DNA from: Cetorhinus maximus
Taxonomy: Eukaryota
Assembly (NCBI RefSeq): GCF_964194155.1
Contig: NC_135887.1
Coordinates: forward strand, 16,182,001 to 16,246,000
Direction: 5' to 3'
DNA length: 64,000 nucleotides
The number at the start of each line of letters is the position of its first letter. The stretch's first letter is position 1. Below the pieces are notes generated by a model. The model saw nothing but the letters and a program-made list of their open reading frames with translations. It was not told the origin of the DNA and made no database searches. This document shows positions 25,341 to 38,379 of this stretch, piece after piece. The position numbers and the translations under genes are program-made.

Positions 25341-27669
25341 TGTCTTTAATGTGGAAAACTGCCCCACAGAGGAGAAACTGAAGTTGGTTTTGAAACTGTG
25401 ATATTTGCTCACAGGAAGCAGTTTGACTAAGCAAAATTGTAGCTGTATGCTTTGTGTACAATTTCTGTATGGAATAATGTTTCTGGCACAAACAGGGCAT
25501 TTGACACTAATTCCAAAGAAGTGACTTATTAGTGCAAATGATGTAGAGGATGGCATGGCATCCCACAATAAGTCAACTGAATTTCTACATCTAGGACTAC
25601 AATGTGGTGACAGATATTGTATTATTGCATAAAGATGAGGAAATATTGCTGAGTTACTTATCTCTTGTCGTGATGCCTAAGCAGTTCCTACTGGAATTTG
25701 TTTCATCGTTGGATTTTCACAATATTGAGGTGCTAGCTATAAAAGCTCCTCTGTGGGAGGCCCAAAATGGGATAAGTTCAACTAATGTGCCATAGAAGCA
25801 GGTGAGGGAATCATTCTGAAAAACTCTTAAGGGCAACATTTTTTTTAAATTGGAGACATTATGAATTCATAATGAGTTCAGAAATCTCAATAAATTTAAT
25901 ATGCTGGAAGTACACAGCAGTTCAGTCTGTAAAGGGGACAGATGTTGTTTCATCAGGGTTCTCATGCTACCTACAGCTTATGACCCCAATATAGTCAAGC
26001 TCTGAACCAGGGAGCAGCATGGCCACTGATCAGGGAGAGGAGCAGTACCAAGGTTGGTTTCATGAAATAGAGCTGCTTTGCCTAGAGAATCAACTAGAAT
26101 AAGTCTTTAATGTTGAAATAAGCACTTTCTTTCAAGAACATAGTGTCCCCTGTAATAAATTCACAGATAAACCATAAGCCTAAAATCCATAACCTAAAAT
26201 TTAAACCAATCATAATCCTAACTTCTCTATCTAACCCAAGACAAATTGATTCTGCGAACAGATTTATGTAGTGACAAGGCTGTAATATTCTCTCCCAGAA
26301 TGCTCAGCGCAGTGTGGTCTCCTGGTAGCTGGCTATTTTGGGATGGCGCAGAGCGTTAAGATTGACCCCTTGATTCTCAACAGCAGCATGGGGCAGAGTG
26401 CAGGTGAATGCTGGACTGAGGGGCTGACTACCTGCACCTAGATCTGATAGGTGGGGGAACACCTCTGAGCTTCTCCTCCAAGGCCCAACAGTCTTCATCG
26501 TCAGGGTCCCTGGGCTGAGCCCTGTACAACACCAATGGCGTCCAATTCCAGGGCAGACAGGACAGCATCAACCTGCCCAGCCGGGTAAGGCCCATGATCA
26601 TTGTGGAAAAGCCGGAACTGAAGGCAATGCACTTGAGAAAACTTTCGCAGCCTACCTTCTTTGTCAGCATGAGTGACAGCTCATCTGTATCCTCTCCTAT
26701 GGTGGAAAAGACAGGCCCACTAAACAAGAAGATTGAGGAAGGAGGGAGGAATCTCAATTAGGCGGTGTCTTCGCTGCTACGCCCCCAGGGACTGAATGAT
26801 TGTGTGCCCATTGCTCCTTTGCTCCTCATATCACCTTCCTAGCCCATCACACTCCCTTCCAGTCCTCTGATTAAGAAGAGGAACTTGCCTGTGTAGCACC
26901 TGTGTACCAAGATATAAGATGGCACTGCAGTGCGGTGGCACAGGATTTTACATTGCTCAGCGTTAGCAAGTAATTTTTCTTTTTCATTTCATGTGAGAAA
27001 TTTTTGGTGAACAACCAATGTATCTCCAATAAATTTCCAAATGGATGATAATGTGACTTGAATTCAGCAAAGACCTAGGACAATGGGGCAGGCAATAAAA
27101 GCTCTTAAAATGTTGGGAAGGTAAGCTTAGCTGCATTAGTAACAGGTCTGGGAGTACATGACAGTATGTGAAAAGAACCAGGTATGAAAATGATGTACAA
27201 TATTCCTTTTTAATTCTTTTGAATGTTCAACAGCTAATTGAACAAGGCCAACTTCGGAAATCTCTTGAGAAATTCAAAAACTGGTACGATAAGTACCTAA
27301 TGAGACAGAGCAGTGTCCTGGCCAGTTCAGTTCTTGGCTATAGCTTTATCGAAGCTCACTGACTTATGGCAGAAAGATCTCTTATGGACAGAGCGAACCC
27401 TGTGAATTATATTTTCTATTTCAGATGAAGAATTTTGTAATGGAAAGTTAGTAGTCGTTCTTAGACGGAGTTGACTGCAGTGAGCCTGTTCACCTAATGT
27501 TGTCATGGCAGGTTGTGTTTGTTGAGGTGATTGGCTCCCAGCAGTTTTTAAAATCCATCTTAAGGCAATTGCCCTGAAATTGATATGACACTGAAACACT
27601 CCATTAAGGAGATATACATGTATAGGAAACACTGCGTTAAGGGGATATGTGTACACAAATTGGGGAGAC

Positions 27670-28262
27670 AAAAGCATAGTGGTAAGGTCACTGGTAATCC
27701 AGAGGTCAGGCTAATGCAGGGCAGCTGGTGAAATTTAAATTCAATTAATGAATTTTTTAAAATCTGGAATTGAAAGCTGGTCTCCATAATGGTGGCCATG
27801 AAACTATCATCGATTGTTTTAAAAGATCTCTAAGGACTAAAAGTCCTTTAGGAAAGGAAATCTGTTGTCCTTATCAGGACTGGCCTACATGTGACTCCAG
27901 ACCCATAGCAATGTGGTTGACTCTTAGCTGCCCAACCAGTTGGACCAAGCTGCTACAGAATACTCATTAAACTGGAAGGACTACCTGGCTTTGACTTAGG
28001 CACAGGAAACAACAATGGTGCACCCGGCCTGGTCGACCCAGCAAAGTCATCCTGCCTAACATCTGGGGGTTTGTGCCAAAATTGGGAGGGCTGTCCCACA
28101 GACTAGTCAAACAACAGCCCGACATAGTCATACCTATCGAATCATACCTTACAGACAATATCCCAGACATCACCATCCCAGGATACGCCTTGACCCACCG
28201 GTAGGACAGACCCAGAAGCGGCGGTGGCAGCACAGTAGTATACGGTATGGAGGGAGTTGCGC
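27670..28262 (+). mobile_element. 5' fragment (head + endonuclease start) of the same LINE family
   Basis: Head homologous to 3600-3850, continuing into NIWGFVPKLG..VKQQPDIVI. Confidence 0.8.
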
Positions 28263-28289
28263 TGTTTGAGTAGGAGGAACACTGAATGA

Positions 28290-28500
28290 TGGTGTAACAG
28301 GGCAGAGAGCATGCTCCAAGATTTTTCCGCCACAGCACTAGAGGCCTTGGTGCAAGTGGTGGACAGGAGGAGAGAGATTCTTTATCCACAGGGAACCAGG
28401 AGGCTGGTTCATAGGGAAAAGATTGATGTTGTGGTCAATGCTAGAAGTGTAGTCAGAGGATCGGATGCAGTGCTGCAAGCAGTTCAATGATCTTGCATGA
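28290..28500 (+). mobile_element. Remnant of a Harbinger-type Myb/SANT-like ORF
   Basis: Frameshifted translation REHAPRF..ALEALVQVVDRRREILYP...VNARSVV..MQCCKQFNDL resembles Harbinger ORF1 Myb/SANT domains. Confidence 0.62.
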
Positions 28501-28527
28501 ATGACTGAGAAAAGGAAGAATGTGTAG

Positions 28528-29415
28528 TGTTATGGCACAGTGGATGTAAATGCCGAGTGCTTAAATCCCAGAGGGAAACTTGAAACAGCTGCCACAACTG
28601 TTTTGTAATTTGTTTTTATTCTGTGATGCGTGCCTTGAATTCAGTAGTAATAAGACCACTGAGTCTTAGAGGTTTTTTACAAAACTAAATTAAACATTTT
28701 TAATAGAAGAAAAGATTTTAAGCACATACATAGGTCTACAAAAATAACTCAAATCTCCTAATTAATCTGACTCCAGTTGCACCTCCATTAAGGCAACTGT
28801 AAAACAAAATGGATTTTGACAGACCCAGGCAAAGCACACAATACCTTGGACAGTGATATTCATAGTGAGTTTTCTTAGCTTAAGTTCCTACAGACAGCAG
28901 CTTGATACACACAGGCTGGAGGCTTTTCACACTTGTTAAATCTTAGAATGCTTTCTCCCTTACACACAACCTCATTTCCTTTATACAGGTTTCCCCCTTT
29001 TTAATGTAAATTCCATTGTCCCAATATGTCTTTGCAACTTTACTTTTTCCATAAAATCTTTCATAGTACTCATAATCAGTAGTCTTTGGGAAAAATAAGC
29101 AAACTGTTTGGCTTAACTTCTTATGGCTAAGTGTAACACCTTCTTATCGCTTTGAAATTCATGACTGTCTCTGGTTTATCTAAAAATGCAAATGTTCCAT
29201 GCACCCCTCATTCTAAAACTTCAGCCATGTTTATGTATTTAGTATTTCAAACCTAGCTTCCCTTTTGATAACTCAAAAGCTCCAGACTAGCTCTCTGCAA
29301 TTCAATTAAAACCCCCCCACACACATCCACACAGAGAAACTAATCCAAACCCCACTACTAACCTACCTTTACAATAAATCACTACAATATTATGAAAATT
29401 ATATTTTTCATGACA
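28528..29415 (-). mobile_element. Solo LTR, same family as 45380-46213 in opposite orientation
   Basis: TGTTATGG...TCATGACA termini and reverse-complement homology of both ends to 45380-46213. No TSD seen. Confidence 0.72.
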
Positions 29416-32233
29416 TGCCAGGTTATGGAGAGAAGACGGGGGAGTGGCACGAAGTGAATTGCTCATTGAGAGAGCCGGTGCAGATATGATGGGCCAAATG
29501 GCCACCTTTTGTGCTATAACAATTCTGAGATTCTGGGAGAGTGAGTAATATTTCATAGTCATGTCTAATGTAGCTTTAGCAAAGTGGTGTAAGGCAATAT
29601 ACCATGGCAATTTAAAACACAGCTGTGAGTGGGCATAAATATACTTGTTAAATTTTCATATTAGTATTTGTAAACCCTGTGATAATTTCCTTTTCTTGTA
29701 AACCTGAGCCTTCTGGATTAATGACTCAGTGAAGAACATTTGTTTCGCAATTTCAATAGCACAGCAGCAACTGGGTCGCACTTAATGCAATCTAACTCAA
29801 TTCAACATCACACACTTAGCAAGCAGATTTCAGCTGGTAAATGCTGAATGGAGCCACGATATACATCTGAGGAATGCCCAATATTTTAGTAAGGTGTGGC
29901 TCAGCTGGCCTCACGCTCACCTCTAATTCAGAAGGTTGTGGGTTCAAGACTCATTCCACGACTTAAGCACAAAAGTCAAAGCTCCAGTGCTTTGAGACGT
30001 CCTGTGGTGGTGAAAGGCACTACATAAATGAAGGTCTTTCTGTTCTTTTTTCTTTTTAATTTTAAAGCTTTTGTGGCAACAGAATCGGTGGTCATCAAAT
30101 GCCATCTTTAACATTTTGATATTAGTATTAAGGCTTGTAACCTCATTGCTCCAGAATTATTCAACACTACCTGTTTTAAAATTTGGTCTTTGCTTTTAAT
30201 CTTTATTGAAATAAACTTTTGTCCGTTTTAATATGTTGCTGATGAATGTTGTTTTACTGGAGTTCTGGGCATGTGCTGAACATGGATAAAATATTAAGAA
30301 AAAAATTGACTGGTTCCATCCTGACCAGTTGGCGATGTGTATTAATGTGCTGTACCAAACAGCTGCCCAAATATTTACTACTGGTCAGTGGACTGATGTA
30401 ACATGCAAGAAAAGCCAGGGTCGAGATTGTCATCTGCCCCATCGAAGATGACCCATCTGGTAGAGAAACCCTCCTACCACGCAGTCTGGTTCATTGTTAG
30501 AAAAATCCCAATGCTTTTGCCTCTATTCTCCTGCTTGGTAGCATGAACGTTTATAGGACTCATTGTGAAAGTAGCATTTCCTTTTTATTTCATTAACTTC
30601 CCTTGGTATCCTCTGATCTTGTAGCTTGTTTGTTTTGAAAGTAACACTGAGTTTATCAGTTGCAATCCCCTCTTAACCACTTTAAGTTGTAAGGTTCAAG
30701 TTTTTCAGATGCTTCCTCATGGCAAATCTCATCTCTATATTTGGAATCAGCCATGTTGCTTTTCTCTGAATTTGTTCTAAAACATAGATATCCTACCACT
30801 CTATTAACTTTTTTAATTGCCTTGTTACACCATCTGGACAATGCAATGAACATGACAGTAATTGCTCCCCAAATCCACTGTGAACTTTCAATTAACTAAT
30901 TCCATATGCATATTTCTGGCCCAATTATTTTCTTCACATTTTTTGCTTCACATTTACCTGCCATATTGGAGAGACAATCCGATTCTACTTTTAAAAATGT
31001 TGTCTTTTGCTACAGCCCTTTCCCTTTAATTGCTATTGCTCTTCCTATCTTTGAAATTGATCAAAGAACTTGCAATTGTAAAAAATCTATGCATTCTGGA
31101 GTCCAGTATTCCATTTGTCTAAGTTGAGATCTTTAGATGGCATTCTGAGTACCAACGTAAGAATATCTACATTTAACTAAAGCTCCAATTGACTGTTTCA
31201 TTGCTTTTATTAGTTCTCTCCTTTTCTATTTGGTCATAACATATAAATTAAAAGTTACTGATTAAAACATGCAGATCTAGGTTATCTTAAAATTATTTGC
31301 AAAATTTGGGACTGTAAATAAATCATTGATTAGATTTAACAGTCTGTAACCTTCCATTCAAAATTAATTCACACTTAAGAAATAAAATACTAAAATGTGT
31401 TAATTTTCAGTGGAGTTTGAGTAGGGTAGAGGGAAACCTGGAGAAAGATATGGGGAAGACCAGCGCATACAACACTAAAAGCAGTCTGCAGTGCCATGGA
31501 ATATGTTTACAAAGCATAGCTTCTGTTTTTCTTATTTGCAAACTTGTCTGTTGAAGAATTTTTTTCAAGCTGAATAAGTTATACTCCTGTAATATTTCTG
31601 AGTAAAGCTGGCCCATAGAAATTATTATTTTGTTTTCTAGACTTTTTCCATCTCACATGAACTATTGAAGATTTGTGTGTTAAACTCTGCTTTCATGGGG
31701 TTGTTTGGCCAACTGTTTTTCCGTTTGTGGTCTTATAAACAATTTTTCTTTGTTGTCTAAAAACAGGAAATGTATCATTTGCTGCTATATTCACCACTTT
31801 AATAATGAACTGTGCATAAGATGGCTGCTGAGAAGGGAATTGGTGGATGGATAATAAAAGCGAAAAGGCTTTTGAGGTAATTCACTGTTAACCAGTTACC
31901 CAGTGGTCTGCAGAGGTGGGCATGAAACAAATTGAGAATTGAGCTTGTATTGCTGCCCATTTAATTTTTAAAGAAGCAGAACATTAATGGAATTGCAGTC
32001 TATGGGAGATTTTGTTTGCATGTGTGTAGGTTCAAATCATGCCACCTCCAACTTTGCATTTCAAAAAAATGCAGTGCATTGCACTACAGGAGTTATCGAT
32101 TATTTTAACATGTCTTATTTTTTACAATATGGTGTGGCAATGCTGATGCACAAAAGCACTTGCTGCCTTGCAACCCTGTAGCCAATGTACACTTGCTTTG
32201 CAGTTGTGAAAGCTAAAACTAAAAACCAGTGCT

Positions 32234-33307
32234 TTAGGCTTGCAGCTCAATGAGTGGTGGTGGAAAATCAGAATCATTCACAAGATCCAGAAAGTCGAAT
32301 GGAGGAAGGGGAAAGCTGGTGATGTTTGGATTTACATCAGGAACCTCCTGAGGGGAGCTAGGAGCATCTGTATCGGTTGCAGGCAGTGGAGCAGCTGGGT
32401 CATTGCCATTCAGTGAAACTTGTGCCTCAAGAGGAGGTGGTGGTGGAAAAACTTGGCTTTGTATTTCGTGTGTTGCACTGGTAGATGGTGTTTCTTTTTC
32501 TGTTTCATTTTCCACTTTGACTTCAGGCTCAATGAGCTTTTCTTCAATCTCTGATGAAGAAGCATTGATGATTCCTTCAGACTCCTGCACCTCCATGCTA
32601 TATTGATCAAGTAAGGATTCACGTTTAGATTTTTTAGATAAGAAGGTGGTGAGTGAGGGACGCTTTGCTGGAGCAACATTGTTATCATTGTCCTCAGCTG
32701 CATGTACACCATCTTCACTGGGGCCTGGACAAGCTCCTGCCCATGTGAGGTCCTGTACAGGATATTTTGAACATCTTCTCCTTATCAGAAGAGTGCATAT
32801 TATGATCAACATTAGCAACAATATCCCGCCGATGAAGTAAGCAACAATCTTGCCTGCAGTCGGGTTATCAGAGTATTTAATAGATGACTCAGTGGTTGAC
32901 GTAGACTTAATAGTGATTGGCGTAGACTTAATAGTGATTGGCGTAGACTTAATAGTGATTGGCATAGAAGTCTGATTTATATTTGTCACGTATGAAGTTG
33001 GTTGAGAGGGCGAACTCTGAATCGATTGTACCTCAGGTGAAATTTTTGATGTGAGCTGTGAAGTTGTAGAAGGTGTATTTGTCAAGATAGAAGTGTTGCT
33101 GGGAAGATCGCTTGAAGGTCCACTTGTTACAGTTGGCATACTTGTGATTATCAAGGGAGTTGCAGGGGTCAGGGTAGCTGAGTCGTGAAGTGAAGATGAT
33201 GTTGGGTTTGTTCTTTCTGATCCCACCGTTAACTGAAAGTTAGTTGTGGTTGTGCCCCCAAGGCCGTTTACCAGTAGTGCCAGTGTAGCCAGCTGGATTG
33301 CTTCCAT
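32234..33307 (-). CDS. EVI2B: EVI2B (CD361)-like type I membrane mucin, 357 aa
   Basis: Signal peptide, S/T/P-rich ectodomain, one TM (IVAYFIGGILLLMLIIICTLLI), juxtamembrane 'WAG..P' motif and acidic proline-rich tail. Located between OMG and EVI2A. Acceptor ttctttttag| at 33372. Confidence 0.88.
   Translation of the reverse strand: MEAIQLATLALLVNGLGGTTTTNFQLTVGSERTNPTSSSLHDSATLTPATPLIITSMPTVTSGPSSDLPSNTSILTNTPSTTSQLTSKISPEVQSIQSSPSQPTSYVTNINQTSMPITIKSTPITIKSTPITIKSTSTTESSIKYSDNPTAGKIVAYFIGGILLLMLIIICTLLIRRRCSKYPVQDLTWAGACPGPSEDGVHAAEDNDNNVAPAKRPSLTTFLSKKSKRESLLDQYSMEVQESEGIINASSSEIEEKLIEPEVKVENETEKETPSTSATHEIQSQVFPPPPPLEAQVSLNGNDPAAPLPATDTDAPSSPQEVPDVNPNITSFPLPPFDFLDLVNDSDFPPPLIELQA
32900..32963 (-). 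repeat. Three perfect 21-bp coding repeats (PITIKST) in the EVI2B stalk
   Basis: cgtagacttaatagtgattgg occurs three times in tandem. Confidence 0.95.
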
Positions 33308-33589
33308 CTTTCTTAGTTTTGAAGAGACAGGTTTTCAGAATCAAAACCAGGCTGCTGATGCCTATAAATACCTAAAAAGAATTAAGAACAGAAACATTTT
33401 TTAATAGTGTTCCTTTTTGGAATTGTGTGGTAAAAATTCTGTGTGTGTGTCTGTGTATAGAAGTTAAAGAAAAAGATGTACCATCAACACACTTCAAGTA
33501 TCAAGTTAATAAATTCATACTTTAAAGCAACTTTAAAAATGCCTGTTGCTAACTCGCAATAGTAACTTTTGTTAGTGTCCAAAGCCATT

Positions 33590-34350
33590 GTTTTTACCCC
33601 TAACCACCAACTCCATCCCTTTCCCAGGCTATTGCTGAGGCTGAACCAGGCCATTTGCTACTTTGATGTCACATTTGACCCTGAGCTAAGTTTTCAACGC
33701 TATATCCTCTAGATGACCAAGATTGCTGACTTTAACCCCCATAACATCCACCCCGGCTCAGCTTATCTGCTGTTGAAATGCTGAACCATTTCTTTGTTAC
33801 CACAGAATTTGACTCTTCCAATGTTTTCCTGCCCAGCCTCTTACCCTGCGCCCTCTGTAAATTTGAGCTCATTAAAATTCTACTGCATGTATCCTAACTT
33901 ACACCAAGTTATGTGAACTCAACAGCCCTGTGCTTGCTGACCTGCATTAGCTCCCGGTCCAGCAATGCCCTGATTTTATCATTCTTGTCCTTTTTTCCAA
34001 TCTCTCCATGGTCTCACCCCTCCATATCTCTGTAATTTCCTACAACACTCTTGAGATCTCTGGCTGCTCTTTTCTGGCATCCTGCACATCCCCAGTTGTC
34101 CTTATTAAACTGTTGGTGGCCGTGCCATCAGCTGCCTTCACCCTAAGCTCAGGAATTAACCTTCCCAAATCTCTCTGCCAGTACACGCACACACACACAC
34201 CTTAAGACAATCTTTAAAAACTACTTTTTTAACCAAGCTTTTGATCATCTGTCCTAATATATCCCGTGGCTCAGTCACATTTGTTTAATTTCAACTTTAA
34301 AAGTACCTTGGGAAGTTTTACTACAATTAAGGCGTGCAATATAAATGCAC
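33590..34350 (+). mobile_element. L2-type LINE 3' fragment
   Basis: Degenerate RT C-terminus (fvttefdssn / spvladlh*lpv-like) and tail ending atataaatgca. Confidence 0.65.
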
Positions 34351-35109
34351 ATTGTTTAAATTAAGCTTCTCACTGTTGACCTACTCTATGCTTTCGAGGG
34401 GTTAATTGGAAGACAAGGAACAGACTTTGGCTGGACTGATTTTATCTGCTTCAGTAATATCATGAGTGGGAGCAACAGATTGTGAACCACATCCCTCATT
34501 CATGATGCAGATGGAGCTGAATGTTCTAATAACCTAGCAGGAGTGGTGTTGCCATAAGTGTCTCCTCGCAGGCTGCGAGAATGCAGCTGAGAATAGGACA
34601 GACGCGGCTGAGACACTGCTCCTTACATGGGTAGTCTTAACGTTTAAGGTTGGCAAGCAAGTTAGTCAACTGCACTTCCCCTTTGAGTGGCTGTTAGTCT
34701 TCTGTCATCAGAGGATAAACACTGCCTGGTAGGTCACTAACACACACAGGGCGGCTAATTTTTAAAAGCATTCCTCCCCAATTCCTCAGATATTTCTAAA
34801 ATGCTTGTATTTTTTGATCAGTGATAAGGTAGTGTAGGTGAAGCCCTTGCAAATGATCTTGGCTACACTCCGGAAGTCCAAAATATACCCACATAATTTG
34901 TATTTATTTCATACTTGTTGAAATGCTCCCAAATGTGAAATACAGCATCTGCACATCAACATCCCACAAACAGCAAGGGTTAAACTGTTAAGCATGGTTA
35001 AACTGTTTTTGCTCCTATTAGTTAAGGAGCATTGTTAGCCATAAAAACCACCTACTCTTCAAATATTGCCATGGAACCTTAAATAAACCACTTTAACAGG
35101 TAGAGTTAT

Positions 35110-35370
35110 ACATTATATAAGGAAATATTAGGACAGGTGATCACGAGCTTTGTTAAAAAGGTTTTTTAAGGATCTTCTTTGAGGAGAGAGGTTGAGTGAC
35201 TGGAAAGTTTTAGGAAGATTAACATGGCTTAGGGCTGAGGCAACTGAAGGCACTGCTGTGCTATTGGTGCAGTGATGAAAACTGGGGATGTGCAAAAGAC
35301 CATAATTGAAGGAGCACAGAGATTTCAAGTTTGGATCTGGGGCTGGAGGAAGATGTAGATAGGAGGGGAG
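35110..35370 (-). mobile_element. L2-type LINE 3' fragment
   Basis: Reverse-complement homology to 34020-34265. Confidence 0.58.
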
Positions 35371-36684
35371 AGAAGAGATTTGAGTATTAAAAATTGCTGG
35401 TTAAGGTAGAGTTTTGTTCTATTTTCTTTGAATTGGAGAATGCCAAGATTGGAAAATTAATTACGCTGTTCTGTACTTTCAACTAAATGAATGACACCCC
35501 ATTTTAGTGAAATGTACATCTGATTGAAAGTAAAGCTCGGAGCCAGATAATCTTGTATTCAGCCATGAGCATCTGAATGCAGCTCACAGAATGCTGTGTG
35601 AAGCACTCTCTTCTGATATAAATGTGTTTTTCTTGGCTTGCAGCATTGTAGCACCCTCAGAGAATGGCCTGTGTGGTATACTCTGATTTTCATACTGCAC
35701 ATCAAGGAGACAGACCCAGTAGTGTTGCTGAAGTGAGCTCTTCACATTTACTTTAATTAATCCACTTGGTTGTAATCCAGTGGTGGATTCCTGGATCACA
35801 TCTAATTTGATGCTATCAGTTTGTTGTAGACCAACTGGTTTGCAGTATGGATTGTAGCCAACAAAGGAAGGACCGTGCATCTGCAGTCTGCTGTAATTCT
35901 GTAATAGAAGCACATCTGCTTCTGCAGATTACAATTAATCAGGGTACATAACTCTGATGTCAGTGCCTGCAATAGTGCATTGTTCACTATCCAAGTGTGC
36001 CTGGGCTGGCTGGTGAATGTGTTTGAGTGGCTATGTACCTCTCTTGTGTGTTCAACCTTAAGCAGGTTTGTGCAAACAGCTTCCAACCAGCACTGTGCAT
36101 AATCTAAGCGTGAATAAAGTCATATATGATGGTTTGAAACACTTCGTTTTGGAGTGAGCTGATGCTGTTATATAAAAATTCTAGTGACTTAATCCTTACA
36201 ATGAGAATGAAGTGTCATGGGCCTGACCTGGATATTTGTACATCATTTTCAGTAGGAGTTGTGATCTTGCGACTGACTTTTTATCTGAACTGGAAGGTGC
36301 ACTTTTACAAGTGCTATGTAAACAATATGTACAGTAATTTCATTACTCAGCTTTAGGGCTGGTGAATTAGGATACCGGCAAAAAGTTCACTAACTGTGCT
36401 CGTTGACAAAAAAGAACTCCGTTCAGTTGAAGAGTACACTCAGTTAATTAATCTCTGCTCTGAAGTAGTATCTCTTATAATTCATCCCTTCCTTTCCGGA
36501 CTGTGGTGCTTAGCTGTGACTCAGATCAGACTACAACATTTGTTTTATTCCTTGCACATGTTTGAAATTCGCCTGGGTTCCCAGTTTATGTTGAACAATT
36601 GATTTTTTAATTCTTTGTTTTAGTGTATTTTTTGCTCTCTTTTCAGCTGAGCAAGAATGAGATTGAACAGCTTCTAAATTTCAA

Positions 36685-36826
36685 AACAAAAATACCTGGA
36701 AAAACTCAGCAGGTCTAGCAGCATCTGCGGAGAGGAGTACAGTTAACGTTTCGAGTCTGTATGACTCTTCAACAGAACTAAGTAAAAATAGAAGCGATGT
36801 GAAATATAAGCTGGTTTAAGGGGGGC
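36685..36826 (-). mobile_element. Penelope-like terminal fragment with hammerhead-like motif
   Basis: 9-bp TSD aaatttcaa (36676-36684 and 36827-36835); homologous to 62907-63090. Confidence 0.75.
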
Positions 36827-37364
36827 AAATTTCAACATTGCTGGATAATTGGCAGCAGGAATAGAGACATATGTGGTCCAAGAGAAGTTGCCTCTTATTG
36901 GGGAAATTCCCCTTGCACTGCAAGTTCCCAATTTCAGCTCTGGGAAAAACAGTCATGTTAGCTATGTTTCTAAAATAGTTAACATGATAATTAGTTCCCT
37001 AAACAGCACAGCTGTTCAAATGACTGTCTAAAATGTATGCTGATGCAGTCTGCTGCATAGTGCAATTGTGTGCTTTTACACTGGGCTGATGAGACATAAT
37101 TTTGCATCTCCCCAGCCCTACCACAGCAATTTTCTCCAGCTCAGAAAATGGCATGTGTGAGGTTCCCAGCAGGAACCCCCAGGGTGCTCTCCGCAGAAGG
37201 AGAAAATCTATCTCGTGTAAGCCTACACTACTGTTACCTGTTTCTGATGCCTTATCTCAAAGGCAACATTGATGGAAGCTTAAAGCTCTGATTGCCCTTC
37301 TGTCCCTCAGTCAGGTACTGGGTGGTGGGTACAAGAAGGTGGTTAAATGAGATGGAAGAAAAAT

Positions 37365-37810
37365 TTTTAAAACATGCTTGAACAAATATTTGGCACCTTT
37401 TATGTCTGCTGGAATGGTTCATTACATCCCAAAGCACTTTGCAGCTACTTTTGAAGTGTAGTCACTGCTGTAATGCAAGAAATGCAGCAGAAGGTTTCAA
37501 CAGCAAGGTCCCACAGTTAGCAATGTGATAATGACTTAGGGATATTGGCTGGGGGAGAAAGGTTGTCCAGGCTACAGGAGAACTTTCCTGCCTTTCTTCA
37601 AAACAGTGCCATGGAATCTTTCAGACTAACCTAAGGGGGCAGATGGAGCATCAATTTAAGGTCTCATCTGAAAGACAGCACCTTTGACAATGCAACAGTT
37701 AATTCAACCTGATGCTTTACAGTACTATGTGCTCAGGTCTCTGGAATGAGACTTGATCCACCATCTTCCGAGTCAGAGATGAGTTTGCTACCACTGAATC
37801 ATGGCGGACA
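37365..37810 (-). mobile_element. Deu-domain SINE, degenerate
   Basis: Reverse-complement homology to 41820-42243. Confidence 0.68.
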
Positions 37811-38309
37811 ACTTAATAGGTAACACTGGGATGAATATATGCATGAATAGGTTTTACTTCTATGTTGCACAGGGAAATTTTGTTTTTCCTTGAAGCAGAA
37901 ATCCCCACAAAAGATTCCTGTGCCAATAAGCAACACCTATATCAGCAGCACCTAAAAAGATTGACTAGGCTACCATCTCCTTGTGTTTATGGGCTGAAAG
38001 TGACTTCGGATAGTGCCGTTTTTGCCTATACTGTGTGCTCAAGAAGAAGCAATTGTGCAAAGTGTTTTTGAGAGCTTTTGATGTGGCTGCCAGTATCTAA
38101 ATGAATGTGTTATAACTCCATAATTAATCAATAGACTTGCAATGAATTGCTTTCAATGGTCTGAAACCACTCAGTAGGAGTGTTGATGTGCATCAGGCAC
38201 TAACAATGCACCTATGCCATAAATTCTGTAACAATTTACCCATAGAAACAGCCATATCTCTCTCCTACCCCCCCTCACTCGCTCTCTCTCCCCACCCCCT
38301 GCCTCTCTT

Positions 38310-38310
38310 C

Positions 38311-38341
<31 letters not shown>

Positions 38342-38355
38342 TCACACACACACTC
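38310..38355. repeat. (CA)n microsatellite
   Basis: Directly visible. Confidence 0.9.
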
Positions 38356-38379
38356 CCCGCCCCCCCCCGCCTTCTTCAG

